A program made the translations under genes and the position numbers. Positions 14,760 to 28,217 of a stretch of DNA of 64,000 nt are shown one piece after another (within the stretch, counting starts at the first letter, position 1; each line of letters begins with the position of its first letter). Source of the stretch: the human T2T-CHM13v2.0 reference genome, Homo sapiens; assembly GCF_009914755.1 (NCBI RefSeq), contig NC_060926.1; one strand, 5' to 3'. A model generated the notes under the pieces. That model did not search any database. It was not told the origin of the DNA and worked only from the letters and a program-made list of their open reading frames with translations.

Positions 14760-15952
14760 TCATTTGATTATTTTCTTAATCTTTATTTTTTCTCTTGTAT
14801 TAAATTTAAGACTGTAGACTTCCCACTAGATCTTGGAGACACTAAGGTGAAAATCTTCACACATTAAGTTGAAAATATCTCTTTTGGGTGGGTGTAATGT
14901 TTCACTTGTGAAAGAACTGTTAAAATCCTGCTGGATCACGGGTAGCATAGGGTGCAAAGGCACAGAAAAAGCTCATTTTTACTGAAGGAGTTTTAGAGCC
15001 TATGTCAGGTGACAAACTTTGTCTATTTCTGCCACCTTCCTGGAGTATTTGCTCCATTGTTGGCTTGCTGTGAAGGAATGTGGGCAGAAAGGGATGCTGG
15101 GAGCTCTTCATTAAGATCAAGGCCTAGTTCTTCAAGGACTACTGAATGATTGGACCTTTCATCAGCATACAAGAGGAAGGGATTGAGAGTGTCTGTTCAT
15201 GCCATTGATTTAATTGGTCAGAGAAAGGGCCAAAGAAGGGGCAATAACCTCAGAGAAGAGCACTGACTGCCTGTAGCTGTTCTTACTCTGATTCTCAGGG
15301 CATTCCTGGAGGAGCTCCAGATACTGAGGGGAAGCTTGCATCAGTGCTGCGTCAGGGTGGGAAAAGCCCATCCTGATACCTTACTTTGAAGTAGACATGT
15401 CATTGAGAGGGTCCCCAGGCCTTTGTGAGGAGTCCTGGATGGAGGAAGAAACTATGCCACACAGAAGTCCTGGGGATGTTCAAAGCTGGCCTCAGAGGTT
15501 TTCTTTTCAAATGAGCATCCCTGGAACTGGGAGACAGCTCTTTCCTACAGAAGCTGAGAAGGGGAGGTCAGGCAGGGAGGGCAAGGGGAACACCAGCACC
15601 AGAAGGCAGACAGAAAAGAAAAAAATGAAGCAGATGGGAAGTACACTTGGAAAGGGTGGGAACAGGGTAGGGGCTGGCTACTTAAAAGGCAAGAGGATCA
15701 AGGCCTCGAGGAGAAAAAGCAAATAAAGAAGGAAATGGAATCAAATCAGATGAAGTCCTTTTAGGGGAAGGATGATGTGAACGAAACAAACAAATCAACA
15801 GAATGAGGAAAGGCACGGGTGAAACCACCAGAGGAAAGTTCCAGCCAGCACACAGGAGGGAGGAAAGCTCTTGTTTGAAATGGAAGCTGATGCTCTAAAG
15901 GAGCATTCAGGGTTTGGAGCAACATTTAGATATGGGGGCCACTGAAGCTTCC

Positions 15953-16105
15953 ATTTGTTTACTGAGCACCTACCACAGGCTGGGTGCTGTACTAAGACTT
16001 AACAAAATAAAGATGAATACAACACAGTTCTTCATGGGACTCATAATGGATGACAAACATAAGCAGGTAGCTTTTAAACATTACCATAATTGTAGTGATA
16101 TGGAT
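15953..16105 (-). mobile_element. L2 3' end
   Basis: tttactgagcacctaccacaggctgggtgctgtactaag is an antisense L2 tail. Confidence 0.6.
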
Positions 16106-16135
16106 ATATATTTCATGTCATATCATATTTTTCTT

Positions 16136-16427
16136 TTGTTTTTTGAGAATGAGCCTTGTTCTGTCACCCCGCCTAGAGTGTAGTGGTGTGATCATAGCTC
16201 ACTGCAACCTTGACCTCCTGGGCCCGAGTGATCCTCCCACCTCAGCCCCCTGAGTAGCTGAGACCAGAGGCAGGTGCCACCACACTTGGCTTATTTTTTA
16301 AATTTTTGTAGAGACGGGGTCTCACTACGTTGCCCAGTGTGGTCTTTTAACTCCTAGCCTCAATTGATCCTCCCACCTCGGCCTCCCGAAGTGTTGGGAT
16401 TACAGGCATGAGCTGCTGCACCTGGCT
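16136..16427 (-). mobile_element. Alu, AluJ
   Basis: Antisense dimer; TSD TCATATTTTTCTT (16123-16135 / 16428-16440). Confidence 0.95.
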
Positions 16428-16783
16428 TCATATTTTTCTTCATTGGATGATGCCCACAAAGTTTCAGTGCAATGTATGTCTTGACTAATGCATTTGAATA
16501 TAAAGGTAGAACATTAGATAAATGCTAGAAGGGAAGGTTTGAGTCAGAAATTTTGTCCTTTCTCTAAGCTCCCTAAAGGTGTAAATTTATTTGACAAGCT
16601 CTTATTTTGATCAAATTTTCTTTCCAACTATCCTCTCACTAGAAAGAGGAAGAAGACTTTGTGTTAACTCAATTTTTTAGAATTGTGGATTTGGTAGATG
16701 AGGTTGAAAAGGTAAATAAGTGATCACCTTGATCTCTTACCTGTTTTAGTGAGTCAGAAGCAAGAAGAGTGCTAGAATGTTGA

Positions 16784-16910
16784 TTGATTGTTTTGTGGAG
16801 ACAGGGTTTCGCCATGTTGCCTAGGCTGGTCTTGAATTCCTGACCTCAAGCGGTCTTCCTGCCTTGGCCTCCCAAAGTGCTGGGAATATAGGCATGAGTC
16901 ACTGTGCCCA
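16784..16910 (-). mobile_element. FLAM_C-like left monomer
   Basis: Left monomer only; TSD AGAATGTTGA (16774-16783 / 16911-16920). Confidence 0.85.
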
Positions 16911-17073
16911 AGAATGTTGAATTTAACACATTGTCTGAAAACTAGATGAGTGGCTTCTTGCTTCTGAAGAATGTGATGTGCTGCTTGATTCAAGACCGAT
17001 TTATAATATGCCCTTCAGTTTACTCTTCTTTGTTACAATATGGAGAGAAGTGGTGTATTTTGAAAACATTTGG

Positions 17074-17447
<374 letters not shown>

Positions 17448-18052
17448 TTATGATAATGTGTAGCTTTTAGTGCCCGAAGAATGGAGTTGACTGTTAAACA
17501 GTCTGGTAAATATTGGAAATAAATTAGAGTTGTGGACAAGAAGTAAAGAAAGTTATCAGAGTTGGATAAGGAATTTGGAGAGCTCAGAGGGAGATGGTAA
17601 AAAAAAAAAAAAGTTGAGAAATTAAGATTTGTTTGTTAGTTTATTGAATGTCTACTATGGTAGGATCTAGCAAAATAAAGATGAATACAACACTTCTCCA
17701 TGGAACTCAGAATGGGGTGACTAACATGAACAAGTGGCTTTTAAACATTCCCATCATTGTGGTGATATGGATTTGCTCTAAGACTTCCCTTGTTTTTCAA
17801 GATAAGTGAGGCTGGGAGAGAAGTCTTTGAAGCTGATGTTAGATGAAGATGTGCTAACTAGACTGGTGCCTAACTATCCCTTCTTCACACCTGTGACTTT
17901 AAGTCTCCAAAGTAGTGACACTTACCACACAGACTTCAGGGTCCACATTCAACTTAAGAAATCTCTCTCAACTCTTTGTGGTGGGTGGATGTGGATCTGA
18001 GATCACAGTGTATAGCAGAGAAGTCCTTTGTAAGAAAAAAATGACCAAAAGA

Positions 18053-18555
18053 TGTATGTTTTCTATTGCTACTGGAACAAATTACCACACATTTAATGGC
18101 ATGAAATAACACAGATTTATCATTTTATAGTTCTGGCAGTCAGAAGTCCAACATGGGTCCCACTGGGCTAAAACCAAGGTGTTGGCAGGGCTGTGTTCCT
18201 TCTGGAGGGCTCTAGGGGACAATCTGTTTCCTGGCTATTTCCAGCTTTTAGAAGCCACCACCTTCTTTGGCTTGTGGCCCCCTTCCTCCATATTCAATGC
18301 AAATAATGTCAGGGCAAGACCTTCTCATGCTTGCATGTCCCCAGTTTTTTGGCTACAACCTCAGAAGGTTCTCCATCTATGAGGATTCATGTGATTAGAT
18401 TGGGCCCACCCAGATAATCCAGGATAATCTCACTTTCACAAGGTCTTTAACTTTAATCATATCTGCAAAGTCTCCTTTGCCATGTATGGTAACATATTCA
18501 TAGGTTCTGGGGATTGGGATGGGTATATCTTTAGGGACCATTATTCTGCCTATCA
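18053..18555 (-). mobile_element. MaLR solo LTR, MLT1C/MLT1D-like
   Basis: TG...CA ends; aacaaattaccac...cagaagtccaacatgggt...gattagattgggcccacccagataatccaggataatctc. Confidence 0.88.
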
Positions 18556-20139
18556 AAGAAGGGGGGCTTGGCCCTTTCTGTAGTGCCTGTGGCTCTCTAA
18601 CCCAGTTGAATGGGCCTCTATATTAGTTTTCCTTCAGATTTCTATACCTGTACCATAATTGCTAGACAGCCCCATTTGATATATTATTCCCTGACTCAGA
18701 AATACTCCTTGGCTTGGCACTCAGAGAACTCCATAGTGGGGTCCTTACCCCTTCTTATCTTAGTCCGGAGCAATAACTCTGTTCTGGTTGGATGTGTTTA
18801 CTCACCGTTGCCCTTCATTCCCTGTTCTGTTGACTGCACATTTCTGACTCCCTGCCTGGGTCATTCCTTCCAAACCAGAATGTGCCCTTCCCTTATTTCT
18901 GCCCATTCTTTCTATGAAATCCTGCGACATTGGCCATCCTCACTCCACATTTGGAGTTTATCATAATTACCTAGTACTGTTATTTAACTTTCACAAGAAT
19001 GCATTTGCTCTTTCCATCTATACCACCATCCTAAAATACTTGGTAAAGTCAGTCTTGGGATTTACCCTCAGAGACACTGATTACATGTTCTGGTATGGGG
19101 TCAAGAAGTTTGGCATGAAACGGCCTCTGTGGGTGATGCTGGTATAGGTGGCCCCACGTGATGCTGTGCGGGAAACTCCTTGAGGGAGGATAATTGACCT
19201 TTCACCCAGAGTGATAGGCATCATGCTTTACATGTAGGTGGAGGTTATTATATTTCTGGGAAACGATACCAGTTTTCTGAAGGCAAGTTTTAATGAAGAG
19301 AGTGTGTCTTGTGGGAAGTGTGTAATAGAGTTAAGGGCACCAAACTGTGCACCATCGTTTTGGAACCAACTGCTGAGTGTGAAAATTCAAAGGTGTACAG
19401 AGAGTCAGTCTATGTCCCAGAGTGGACATGGTAAGACAGTACAGTTGAGAATTGGTAATAACCATTGTAATGGCAAAATCACCAAACCTCTAGATTTTTT
19501 TTGTTTACTTTTTCTGTGTTTCAGGGACTTTATGCAGATTATCAAAAGCAGAAATTTTGTCATGGAAAAGATTTGAAAAAATGGAAGATGGCCAATTTTT
19601 GAGAACATATGGAGAGAACTCTCTGCTTTCAGTGCTCATTGTGATAACTAGTTCTTCTTGATGACTGGAATGCAAAGAACACCCAAAGATCTGAATTCGC
19701 ACTGAACCAAGCATTTTTGGAATGAGGTCTTTCATGAATATGCCATGATTTTGATTTCTGCTTTTGTTAAGACTGCAATGGAGCCTTTGTTATTTTCTTG
19801 ATTCCCTGAAGAGTTCTAGATTCCCTGAAGAGTTGAGTCTAAGTGATTGATTTATATACAAAATTGATTTTGCCTTTTTACGTTATTTTGGGATCTTATA
19901 GCATAAAATAAAACTTACTAATAGGCATATTAAGCAAAATGTTTTTTGTTTCTTTCAATTTTGTGCCTTTTATTACTTTTCCTATCAACTTTATAGACGT
20001 TGAAAGGGAAGACATCTGTTTTCATTGAGAGAAGATCTTTTAAAAAACGAGCTATTTCAGAGTTCCTATTATAATAGGGTTCTACCTATTGTAAATAAAA
20101 GAAGTTAATCTGGGCCAGATGAGGTATTAAAAATAACAG

Positions 20140-20240
20140 ATAACTATGTGAATACACTAAAATCTATTGAGTTGCATACTTTAAATGGGTGCTTTGTATG
20201 GTATGTGAAATATATCTCAACAAAGCTGCAAAAGAAAAAA
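20140..20240 (+). mobile_element. L1M 3' end fragment
   Basis: tgtgaatacactaaaa..attgagttgcatactttaaatggg..tgtatggtatgtgaa.tatatctcaacaaagctg. Confidence 0.75.
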
Positions 20241-20968
20241 TACATAAATAGGTAAAATGGAAAAGAAAAAAACCCCAGATGTTTCTGTGAGCTCTTGGAA
20301 GCTGTCACAGTGGTGAGACACTTGTTTTAGAAATCACCAAAATTTTCGTTTGAGTCCCTAGTCACCAAATAAACATAGGAAATTTTTTCATATTATCTTT
20401 TGTTGAAAGAAGAGCTATTTTAAGATAAATCATGCTAGGCACTTTAATAACAGTGTTTGAGTCAATTTAAGTCAGTTCTCTATTTAACTATTAAATATAA
20501 ATATTCTGTGAATCAAGTAGGCTGTGAAAATTTATGTCCTTTTCGCAGTGGGCTCATTTATATACGTAGTGGGCATATTATGTTCATTTGGTGGTCTGAT
20601 GATACCTGATTGAAATAACCCAAATGGGACCAATAGGGACAAAGAATAGCATGTTCTATCCATGTAGAACTAAATTGAAATATTGGTAATTAATGTGTTT
20701 ATTTGGTTTCATATGTTTGAATTTGTTTTTAGCAGCCATTATATGGTACTGTGTCCTGCCAGATAAAAGACTGAAGAAAGTTATCATCCAAGTTCTTACC
20801 GTATGCCTTGCTTCTGGATGAAAACTGATTTGTCACAAAGCTCAGTTAAAATTCACTACAGTGTAATTTTAACAAACTTGAGAGTGGTCAAAGTATTTTG
20901 GCCTTGTAATGAATTGAGCCAGTATTTGTTGAATATCTTTCTTTCCCACAACTGCCCTCTTCATAGAG

Positions 20969-21483
20969 CAGGGGTCCCCAACCCCCGGGCCACGGACCTG
21001 TTAGGAACCAGGCCGCACAAGGGGCAAGTGAGCAAAGCTTTGTTTGTGTTTACAGTGCTCCCCATCACTTGCATTACTGCTTGAGCCCTGCCTCCTGTCA
21101 GATCAGCAGCAGCATTAGATTCTCATAGGAGTGTGAATCCTATTGTGAACTGCACGTGTGAGGGATCTAGGTTATATGCTCCTTGTGAGAATCCAATGCC
21201 TGATGATCTGTTACCGTCTCCCATCACCCCTGGATGGGACTGTCTAGTTGCAGGAACACAAGCTCAGGGCTCCCATTGATTCTACATTATAGTGAATTGT
21301 ATAATTATTTCGTTATATATTACAATGTAATAATAATAGAAATAAAGCACACAATGAATGTAATGTACTTGAATCATCCCCAAACCATCTCCCCCTTGCC
21401 TCCCCACTACCTGGTCCATGGAAAAATGATCTTCCACGAAACCGGTCCCTGGTTCCTGGTACCAGAAAGGTTGGGGGCTGCTG
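20969..21483 (+). mobile_element. MER1A (hAT-Charlie)
   Basis: TIRs caggggtccccaacc / ggttgggggctgctg, about 515 bp, internal gcattagattctcataggag; degenerate 8-bp TSD tcatagag/ctgtagag. Confidence 0.92.
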
Positions 21484-21543
21484 CTGTAGAGGATAAGAAA
21501 AGAGTAATATGACCTCTGCCTTCAAAGAATTGATAATTTGGAA

Positions 21544-22091
21544 CAGAGCTGAACAATAGAAATATGTGAACCATATGATGAACTTTAAATTTCCCAGTAG
21601 CCACGTTAGGAGATAAGAAAGAAACAGTTCACCTGGTTAGATAGATGGTGAAGAAAATGAGAAAAGAACAGATTTCGGAATTATTTTTAATGTATTTTAT
21701 TTAACCCAGTATATTAAAATATCATTCCAACATGTAATCAATATAAAGATTACTAGTGAGATATTTTACTTTTTTTTAAACATATGAAGTCTTTGAGATC
21801 TGGTGTATGATTTACTCCTAATGCACATCTCAATTTGATGTTGAATTTTTGTTGGAAATATTTGATCTGTATTTAGATTATAAAATTTAGAGTCAAAAAA
21901 GTAGATTCACATACCACATTTGTTCCAGTTATACTTAAAAGTTTTTCAATAACTGAGTCAAACATGTTTTAAAATCTGAATTAAAAATTAATTTAAATTA
22001 ATATTAAAAATTCAATTCTTTCTTCACCCTAAACATATTTCAAATGCCAATAGCCTTGTGCAGCTGGCAGCTACTGTATTTAACAGCACAG
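21544..22091 (-). mobile_element. Charlie4a-like (MER33-related) hAT element
   Basis: tttatttaacccagtat...caacatgtaatcaatataaa...gcacatctcaatt...aaaaagtagattcacatacc. Confidence 0.8.
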
Positions 22092-22217
22092 ATATGGATG
22101 TTGAGAGAAGACTTTTCTACCTTTAATACTTAAATAATCAAGGTGATATGTAATTACAAAAAGAATTTTGTTCTTCTTTTGTATAGGATGGTTTTGTGCT
22201 ACAGACTAGCTAGAGCT

Positions 22218-22690
22218 TCACTGTCTAATAGAACTTTCTGTGATGAAAATGTGCAATGTTGGCACAGTCCAGTCCAGTAAAGGTAGTCACTAGCCCTACA
22301 TAGCTTTTTTTCTTTTTAATTTTTTTGAGACAAGATCTCTCTTTGTTGCCCAGCGTGGAGTGTGATGTGCAATCACTGCTCACTGCAGCCTCAACTTCCA
22401 AGTCTCAAGCAATCCTCCCACCTCAGTCTCCCAAGTAACTGGGACTAGAGGTGTGTACCATCGTGCCCTGCTAATTTTTAAATTTTTTGTAGAGATAGGA
22501 TTTTGCTTAAGTAATCCTCCTGCCTCAACCTCCCAAAGTGTTGGGATTACATGTGGGAGCCCTTGGGCCTGGCCACCTACGTAGCTTTTGAAGACTTGAA
22601 ATGTGGCAAGTACAACTAGGAACTGAATTTTAATCTTGTTTATTTCAAGTGTGAGTAGCTACATAGGGCTAGTGGCTGTCGTACTCAACT
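22218..22690 (+). mobile_element. MER3 split by an AluJ
   Basis: ctgtctaatagaactttctgtgatga before the Alu; acttgaaatgtggc...ggaactgaatttt...ggctagtggct after it. Confidence 0.8.
22309..22574 (-). mobile_element. Alu, AluJ with internal deletion
   Basis: Antisense dimer; TSD cctacatagctttt / cctacgtagctttt. Confidence 0.9.
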
Positions 22691-22770
22691 AGAGACTCAT
22701 AAAGGAGCCACAATTTGAATTAGTTTAGGCAGTGAGAAAATGATTAAGACATTAGGAGAATAGCTTAGAC

Positions 22771-22940
22771 CAGTGGTTTTCAAACATTACTGCACACTGG
22801 AATTATAGGGGGATTTTTAAAAAAACCTCTGATTGTCTGCCACTCCCACACATTCTGGTTTAATTGATGGAGATGACCTAGTCATTCGGAGTTTACAAAG
22901 CTCCCCAGGTGATTGTGATGTATAACAAATTTGGGAACAG
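22771..22940 (+). mobile_element. MER5A1/MER5B
   Basis: cagtggttttcaaac..ctgcacactggaat...ttctggtttaattg...aaagctccccaggtgatt. Confidence 0.75.
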
Positions 22941-23074
22941 ATCTATGCTTGTATTATAAATTCTCCACAAATCTATTTCCTTGCTATTCATATTATATGT
23001 AAGTTTGCTAGGAACAAGAACAAATAAAGAAGGAACCACATCAATACCTTGTGTTTGCTAGATTCCTAAGACTA

Positions 23075-23240
23075 CTACATATATACTCTTAATTGATCAT
23101 ACCCTGTGCATTAGATGGGGTAGAAATGATCCCACTTGGCTAACAAAAAGAGATTCAAAGGTTAGTTGACTTGCTGAAGGTCACATAGCTGGGGGGTGAT
23201 GGAGTCCTGTCTTAAACCTGGATCTCATGTTTCTGCCACC
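23075..23240 (-). mobile_element. MIR
   Basis: ggttagttgacttgctgaaggtcacatagctgg. Confidence 0.6.
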
Positions 23241-23689
23241 ACATAAGCAGAGAAATGTAGCGTATCCAGCTTCCTCCAATTCGTGGCTTGTTTTCTCTCT
23301 CTTCATAATAGAGCCCTTGTGCTTGGATTTATAAAGAATGTTTCTTTTGATATTTAGGGGGAAAAAATCTCATTAACAATTGGATGTTTGTAGTCCAACA
23401 GATTCGTTATCCTCTAAGGGGCACTGTGTTGGGTGTTAGCAGTTCTCTGCTCTCTTCCTGGTACAACATATGATCTTGGTGACCTTGGGTTAGCCAGTTA
23501 GCACGTCGGATTTCTAGTTGTTAGAAGAGGAGTTATCAAACCTGTTTGTTCTATCTCTTAAAGGATTGTTGTCAAAAAATATCATTGCTTTGTAATGGAG
23601 ACCAACATTTATACTTCTGCAGTTATACTTGCTCCTGAAATAAATTTTTTTCTTACCTTTTTGAAATAATAGTTTTTAAAATTGAGCCA

Positions 23690-23870
23690 TTTTCATATGT
23701 TAGACATGAATTAATTCAACCCTCACAACAGCCCTGGGAGATAGGGCCTATTACCCTTCTCTTGGTGATGAAGAAATCAAGGTTCAGTGACTTGCTGAAG
23801 GTCACACATCTTATTAGAGACAGAGCTGGGATTAGAACCAAGGTGGTTTTGCTTCAAAGCCTATGGTATT
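23690..23870 (-). mobile_element. MIR
   Basis: cctcacaacagccctgggagatagg...gatgaagaaatcaagg..tgacttgctgaaggtcacac...cagagctgggattagaacc. Confidence 0.78.
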
Positions 23871-24328
23871 ATCTGCTCCAGAGAACTAAATCATACCCTT
23901 GTGGCCTGAGTGCAATTTGCCTTTAATAGGATGTTTACTGCCTTCTGCATTACTGGTACCAAGGGGTGGCAAGATTTCACTAGTGACTTTGAAGTTCCCC
24001 TCTTAGACTTGTAATAGATGGTGGATATTTCCTCAGTCTTAGATAAAATAAAAGCATCTTCAGAAAATATTGCTACTCATGTGTCTCAAATTTAGGAGCA
24101 GTGAGCTTGCCATGCAAAGGTAGCTTTCAGACCATCCCCTTTCCCTCTCCCCTAGTTTTTCTAATAGGTATCCTAGAGCTCCCGGTACTACTCAGCCAGG
24201 ATTTAATTTGAAATGAGTTAGTTTATAATGAATTGAATGTTGTTTTTTTTTCTCCCTGGCTTTTCCCATTTGGAGAAAAACACTTCAAACCTAGAACAGG
24301 TATCTGCTTTGTTTGATGGTTAATTTTC

Positions 24329-24655
24329 TTTCTTCCTTTGTGTGTGTGTATGTGTGTGTTTTGAGATGGAGTCTCGCTCTATCACCCAAGCTGGAGTGCA
24401 ATGGTGCAGTCTTGGCTCACTGCAACCTCTGACTCGCAGGTTCAAGCGATTCTCCTGCCTCAGTCTCCTGAGTAGCTGGGTTTACAGGCATATGCAACGA
24501 TGCCTGGCTAATTTTTTATTTTTTTTGGTATTTTTAGTAGAGACAGGGTTTCACCACGTTGACCAATCTGGTCTTGAACTCCTGACCTCAGGTGATCCGC
24601 CGACCTTGGCCTCCCAAAGTGCTGGGATTACAGGTGTGAGCCCCCGCACTCAGCC
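24329..24655 (-). mobile_element. Alu, AluS with (TG)-derived tail
   Basis: Antisense dimer; TSD TGATGGTTAATTTTC (24314-24328 / 24658-24672). Confidence 0.95.
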
Positions 24656-25344
24656 ACTGATGGTTAATTTTCAAATGTATCTTCCTCCTCTGCTTTTCTG
24701 TGGGTGCCAACAAATAGAATGGTGGGTTTGTTTGTTATTCTTAACTCCTTTGGCTGGCTTTAAACATGTTCTCTTTTTAGCCTTATTTTTCTAAAAGCTT
24801 AGTGCAGAAATTTCTTGTTTGGCTTCCACTCTTCAGGGTGTGATAATTCCCAAGGTCTCTCTCTAGCTCCTCAGGAATGTACCCCCCTGATGGACTGAAA
24901 TTTGTCCACTCCAGTGAAATTGTTTGGGGGAGAAGGGAGCAGAGTACACGTTCAAGATGTTTTCTCCCAGCATTTGTCTGTTGATGAGCTTTTGTAATTT
25001 CCATTTCACTGTCCTTGCCCCAGAGGATAACCTTGGATCTCAGTGTAGACTAGATTGAGTGTAAAATGAGTTAGCACAAATGAAGTGGAAACAGATCAGC
25101 GTGTGAGGAGGAGGCTCAGACGCTAAATCCTCTAGTTGGGTAAAGTTGAAAGCATTTTCCTCAGAGCCTCCCTGGGAATGCTTGTCCTATTTCTCAGAGA
25201 AATAAGCTACTGTGTGCATGTTGTTGCTGTTGATGCCTTTGACATTTGTGCTTAGCGAAGTGGAGGGTTCTGTGGGGGATACCAAAAAATTGCCCTAATC
25301 TCTGTCCTCAGGAATCTTATTGAGAAGGGGAGATGACCTGATTG

Positions 25345-25690
25345 CTAGACATCCATCTAGCTTCCCTCTGCTAGGCACGAGATGTACAAAGGTTTAAAAA
25401 GAGCCATGAATGCTAACTTCTTGGCTTACAGCTTAGCAGGGAACTCAGCCATGACTTGTAATACAGTGGGATCAGTACTACCATGGCAGCATCAACAAGA
25501 AACAAGTGCGATCTCATAGCCCTGCGCAAGTAGTGAACTACCAGCAAAGTCGGAGAGGCTTCATAGAGAAGGGGAGTTGAGCAGAGTTCTGAAAAGACTC
25601 CCCTCTGACTAGTGGGACAGGGCATTCGTGCAGGCAAGAACACCCTGTGCGAAGGCACTGAGGTGTGAAGCAGCCTGGTGTGTTGGTGAG
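25345..25690 (-). mobile_element. L2 remnant
   Basis: gggcattc..caggcaagaacaccctgtgcgaaggcactgaggtg..agcctggtgtgtt is an antisense L2 motif. Confidence 0.55.
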
Positions 25691-26422
25691 TGCTCCACAA
25701 GAGCCATGTCAGACCTCAATTCAGTGCTATTTTGTGTGTTGCAGGCAGGAGGTTCAAAGGAGCCCGAGAGCAGGAAGGCTGACCAAGCCAGATTTGGAAA
25801 TACTTGGCTGGGATGTTCCTGGTCAGTGGGCTATTTGGGCAAAGTGGTTAAAGTGGGACAAAGGCACAGGGAAGGAATCCATGGAGGGAAGGGGAGAAAT
25901 GGCTCCTTTAGTATCTTGAATGAGGCTTTTGGATGTGAGTCCAGGTACAGTGCTATAGTTTAATTGCTTTTGCTTCTGTTTCTTTAAGGATACATTGCAC
26001 TTAAACCCCAGTAATTATTCCAGATTTTGTTAGTGGATATATCCCCACCCCCCATCTGGCTCAAGCTAAGCAGTTGGCATAAGTAGGGGAACAGAAGGCT
26101 CAGAATTGTCCACTGGAAGTACTCGGCTTTTCTTTGGAGAGATCAGGTTTCTTCCATGGGAAAATGATGTCAACACACTTATCTTAGCACTTTGCCTCGA
26201 GGGCACCTGTGGGCTTGCGCCTAGAGCAAAGGAAAGGGGTTCCCTAAAACTTCCTTTCTGTTTTGGGAACATGGAGATGTGATAGAATATCCCTGATAAA
26301 AGCATCAGTTTATGGTGGAGGTGAGAGTTTATGACCAGGACCAGAAAGTTGCTAGAAAGGTTGCTAAGTGGAGAATTATGGTTGGTTATTTTCAGGAAGC
26401 AACTTAATGTTGTGGGAAGAAG

Positions 26423-26590
26423 CACTGGACTAGGATTTGGGAAATTTGAGGTCTAATCTTGATTTTACCTTAACTAATAAGATGATCTTGATCTTTCTGA
26501 GCCATGGTTTCCTAACAGGCAAATAAGGAGACTGGTTAGGAGACTCAAGAGAGCATATAGCAGGTGTGGTAAACCATGCAGCACTTTATA
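26423..26590 (+). mobile_element. MIR (degraded)
   Basis: agcactggactagga...tttctgagccatggtttcct...gtaaaccatgcagcactttata. Confidence 0.5.
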
Positions 26591-28217
26591 GTGTGAGGAC
26601 TGTCTGAACCCTGTCACTTGGCGCCTCCATCCGGACACCACGTGTGCCCTCCTGCCCGCTGCGGGGGAGGACATGCCCCTGATGGGTCTGGGCTGCACTG
26701 GCCTCTGGGTGACTCATTGGCGTTTTGTAAACCACCTTATCTTTGAAGAAAATGTTTTCCACTACTAGTAAAATTTCTTTCTTTTCTGTCTTTATTTGTT
26801 TCTCTTTAAAGTTTTCTTAAACTGAGCTAACTTCAAAGAAGTATCTGGAATTCTCTTCTTCCTCCTTAACCACTTATAGCCCCCTTATCCCCAGTCATCA
26901 TTGTAGTATATCTAATTGTTGGTGGATATAATGTGGGCCACTTTGGATTTGAGTAGTCAAAATCAGAGCCTGGCTAGTAATTGGGTTTGAAGGAGAGTTG
27001 AGCTGAAGTCATCTCATGAAACAAAAATGGCAAAAGACCATCCTATTAACACTGGACTTCCTTTGTCTTCCTTCATAAGATCCCTCAGGCTTTCCTTAGT
27101 ATTAAGGAGCAGGGGGAGAAGACGGTGGCATATACTGCCCTTTAAATATGGCATTTCTGAACTTAGCTCTCCTTGTACTTTATCAAGTGAGTTGTCTTCC
27201 TCTCTCAACTAGATCCAAAGAAACATGGCAGCCTCTGCAGTCCCCGTGAAGTGCTGTGAGTGGGATGCCAGCAATAAAATCATGTCTTTCTATGGATTTT
27301 TGGTTGGTGTTCTAAGGCTTGCCGCTTCTCTTCCTAATAAGCCTGCACCGATTTTGTCCCTGAAGATTTGAGGCTGTGAAATATTCTTCCTTCTTCCTGC
27401 CTCCTCCAGTCTGGGAAGCTTCACTTATAGCCAGAGGGCTGAGTGAGGTACAGCTACTCCTACAATGAGGCAAGCCTTAGTGTTCTTGGCTTGCTTCACT
27501 GTGTTTCTGACACTGCCTTACCTTAACTCTTGAGTAAGCCCCGTTTCCTGGGCAGAATCTCACTTCTCCTTTCTTGCTGGTCATTTGGCTCTTTTTTTTC
27601 TGACAAGAGCTGGATCTTGCTTGTTTACCATCTACCCCAGCACCTTATTCTTTTTTCTTGGAAGTGCCAACATATTCCTCTACGTGCTGAACCTGTTCAG
27701 TAATTCTTGTTGGATTGTCATTCCTTTGGCAAACTGAAATGAAACACACAAATCTCAAAATAGATGTAACCAGACTCCTCAAACTTAATAAATACCGTAT
27801 GTGCTTACACTAGGAATCTTGCTTGTCCCGTTTGTTAACGGGTACTTCACCCCACTCTCCTGCCTCCTGCTTCTTCCCTCGGCCCCTGTTTCCTACAAAT
27901 CGAAGGCTGACAGAGCTTTTCCCCTGTGAATGCTGCTGACTTTACCAGCAGCTCATCCTGTGTAGTTACGCTGCATCTTTTGATGCCGTGCACTCGTTTG
28001 GATAGTATATGCTGTTTAAGGAACTGTCTGTGCTTGTATTATTTTGTTTGTGGAGGATGTAAATGATATAGGGTTAATTCTGATTGCCATCTTCATAGTG
28101 AGCTCGCTGTGGACTTTATCAGTATGTACACAGCATATGCATGTGTGCACACAATAGGTTTTGCCATGGAGTGCTTCTTTCTTCCGAGAGCAGGCCTGGT
28201 CAACTGTTGATGCAAGC

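Noticed and set aside
23168-23806. Shared GACTTGCTGAAGGTCACA in two nearby elements
   Set aside because: Largely explained by the conserved MIR core; the rest of the two copies is not similar
24342-24794. 150-aa ORF and similar ORFs (1741, 11487, 40102, 55720, 61028, 63000 and others)
   Set aside because: They are Alu translations (e.g. [29 protein letters not shown])
26618-26638. CTCF-like motif
   Set aside because: About four mismatches to the core consensus
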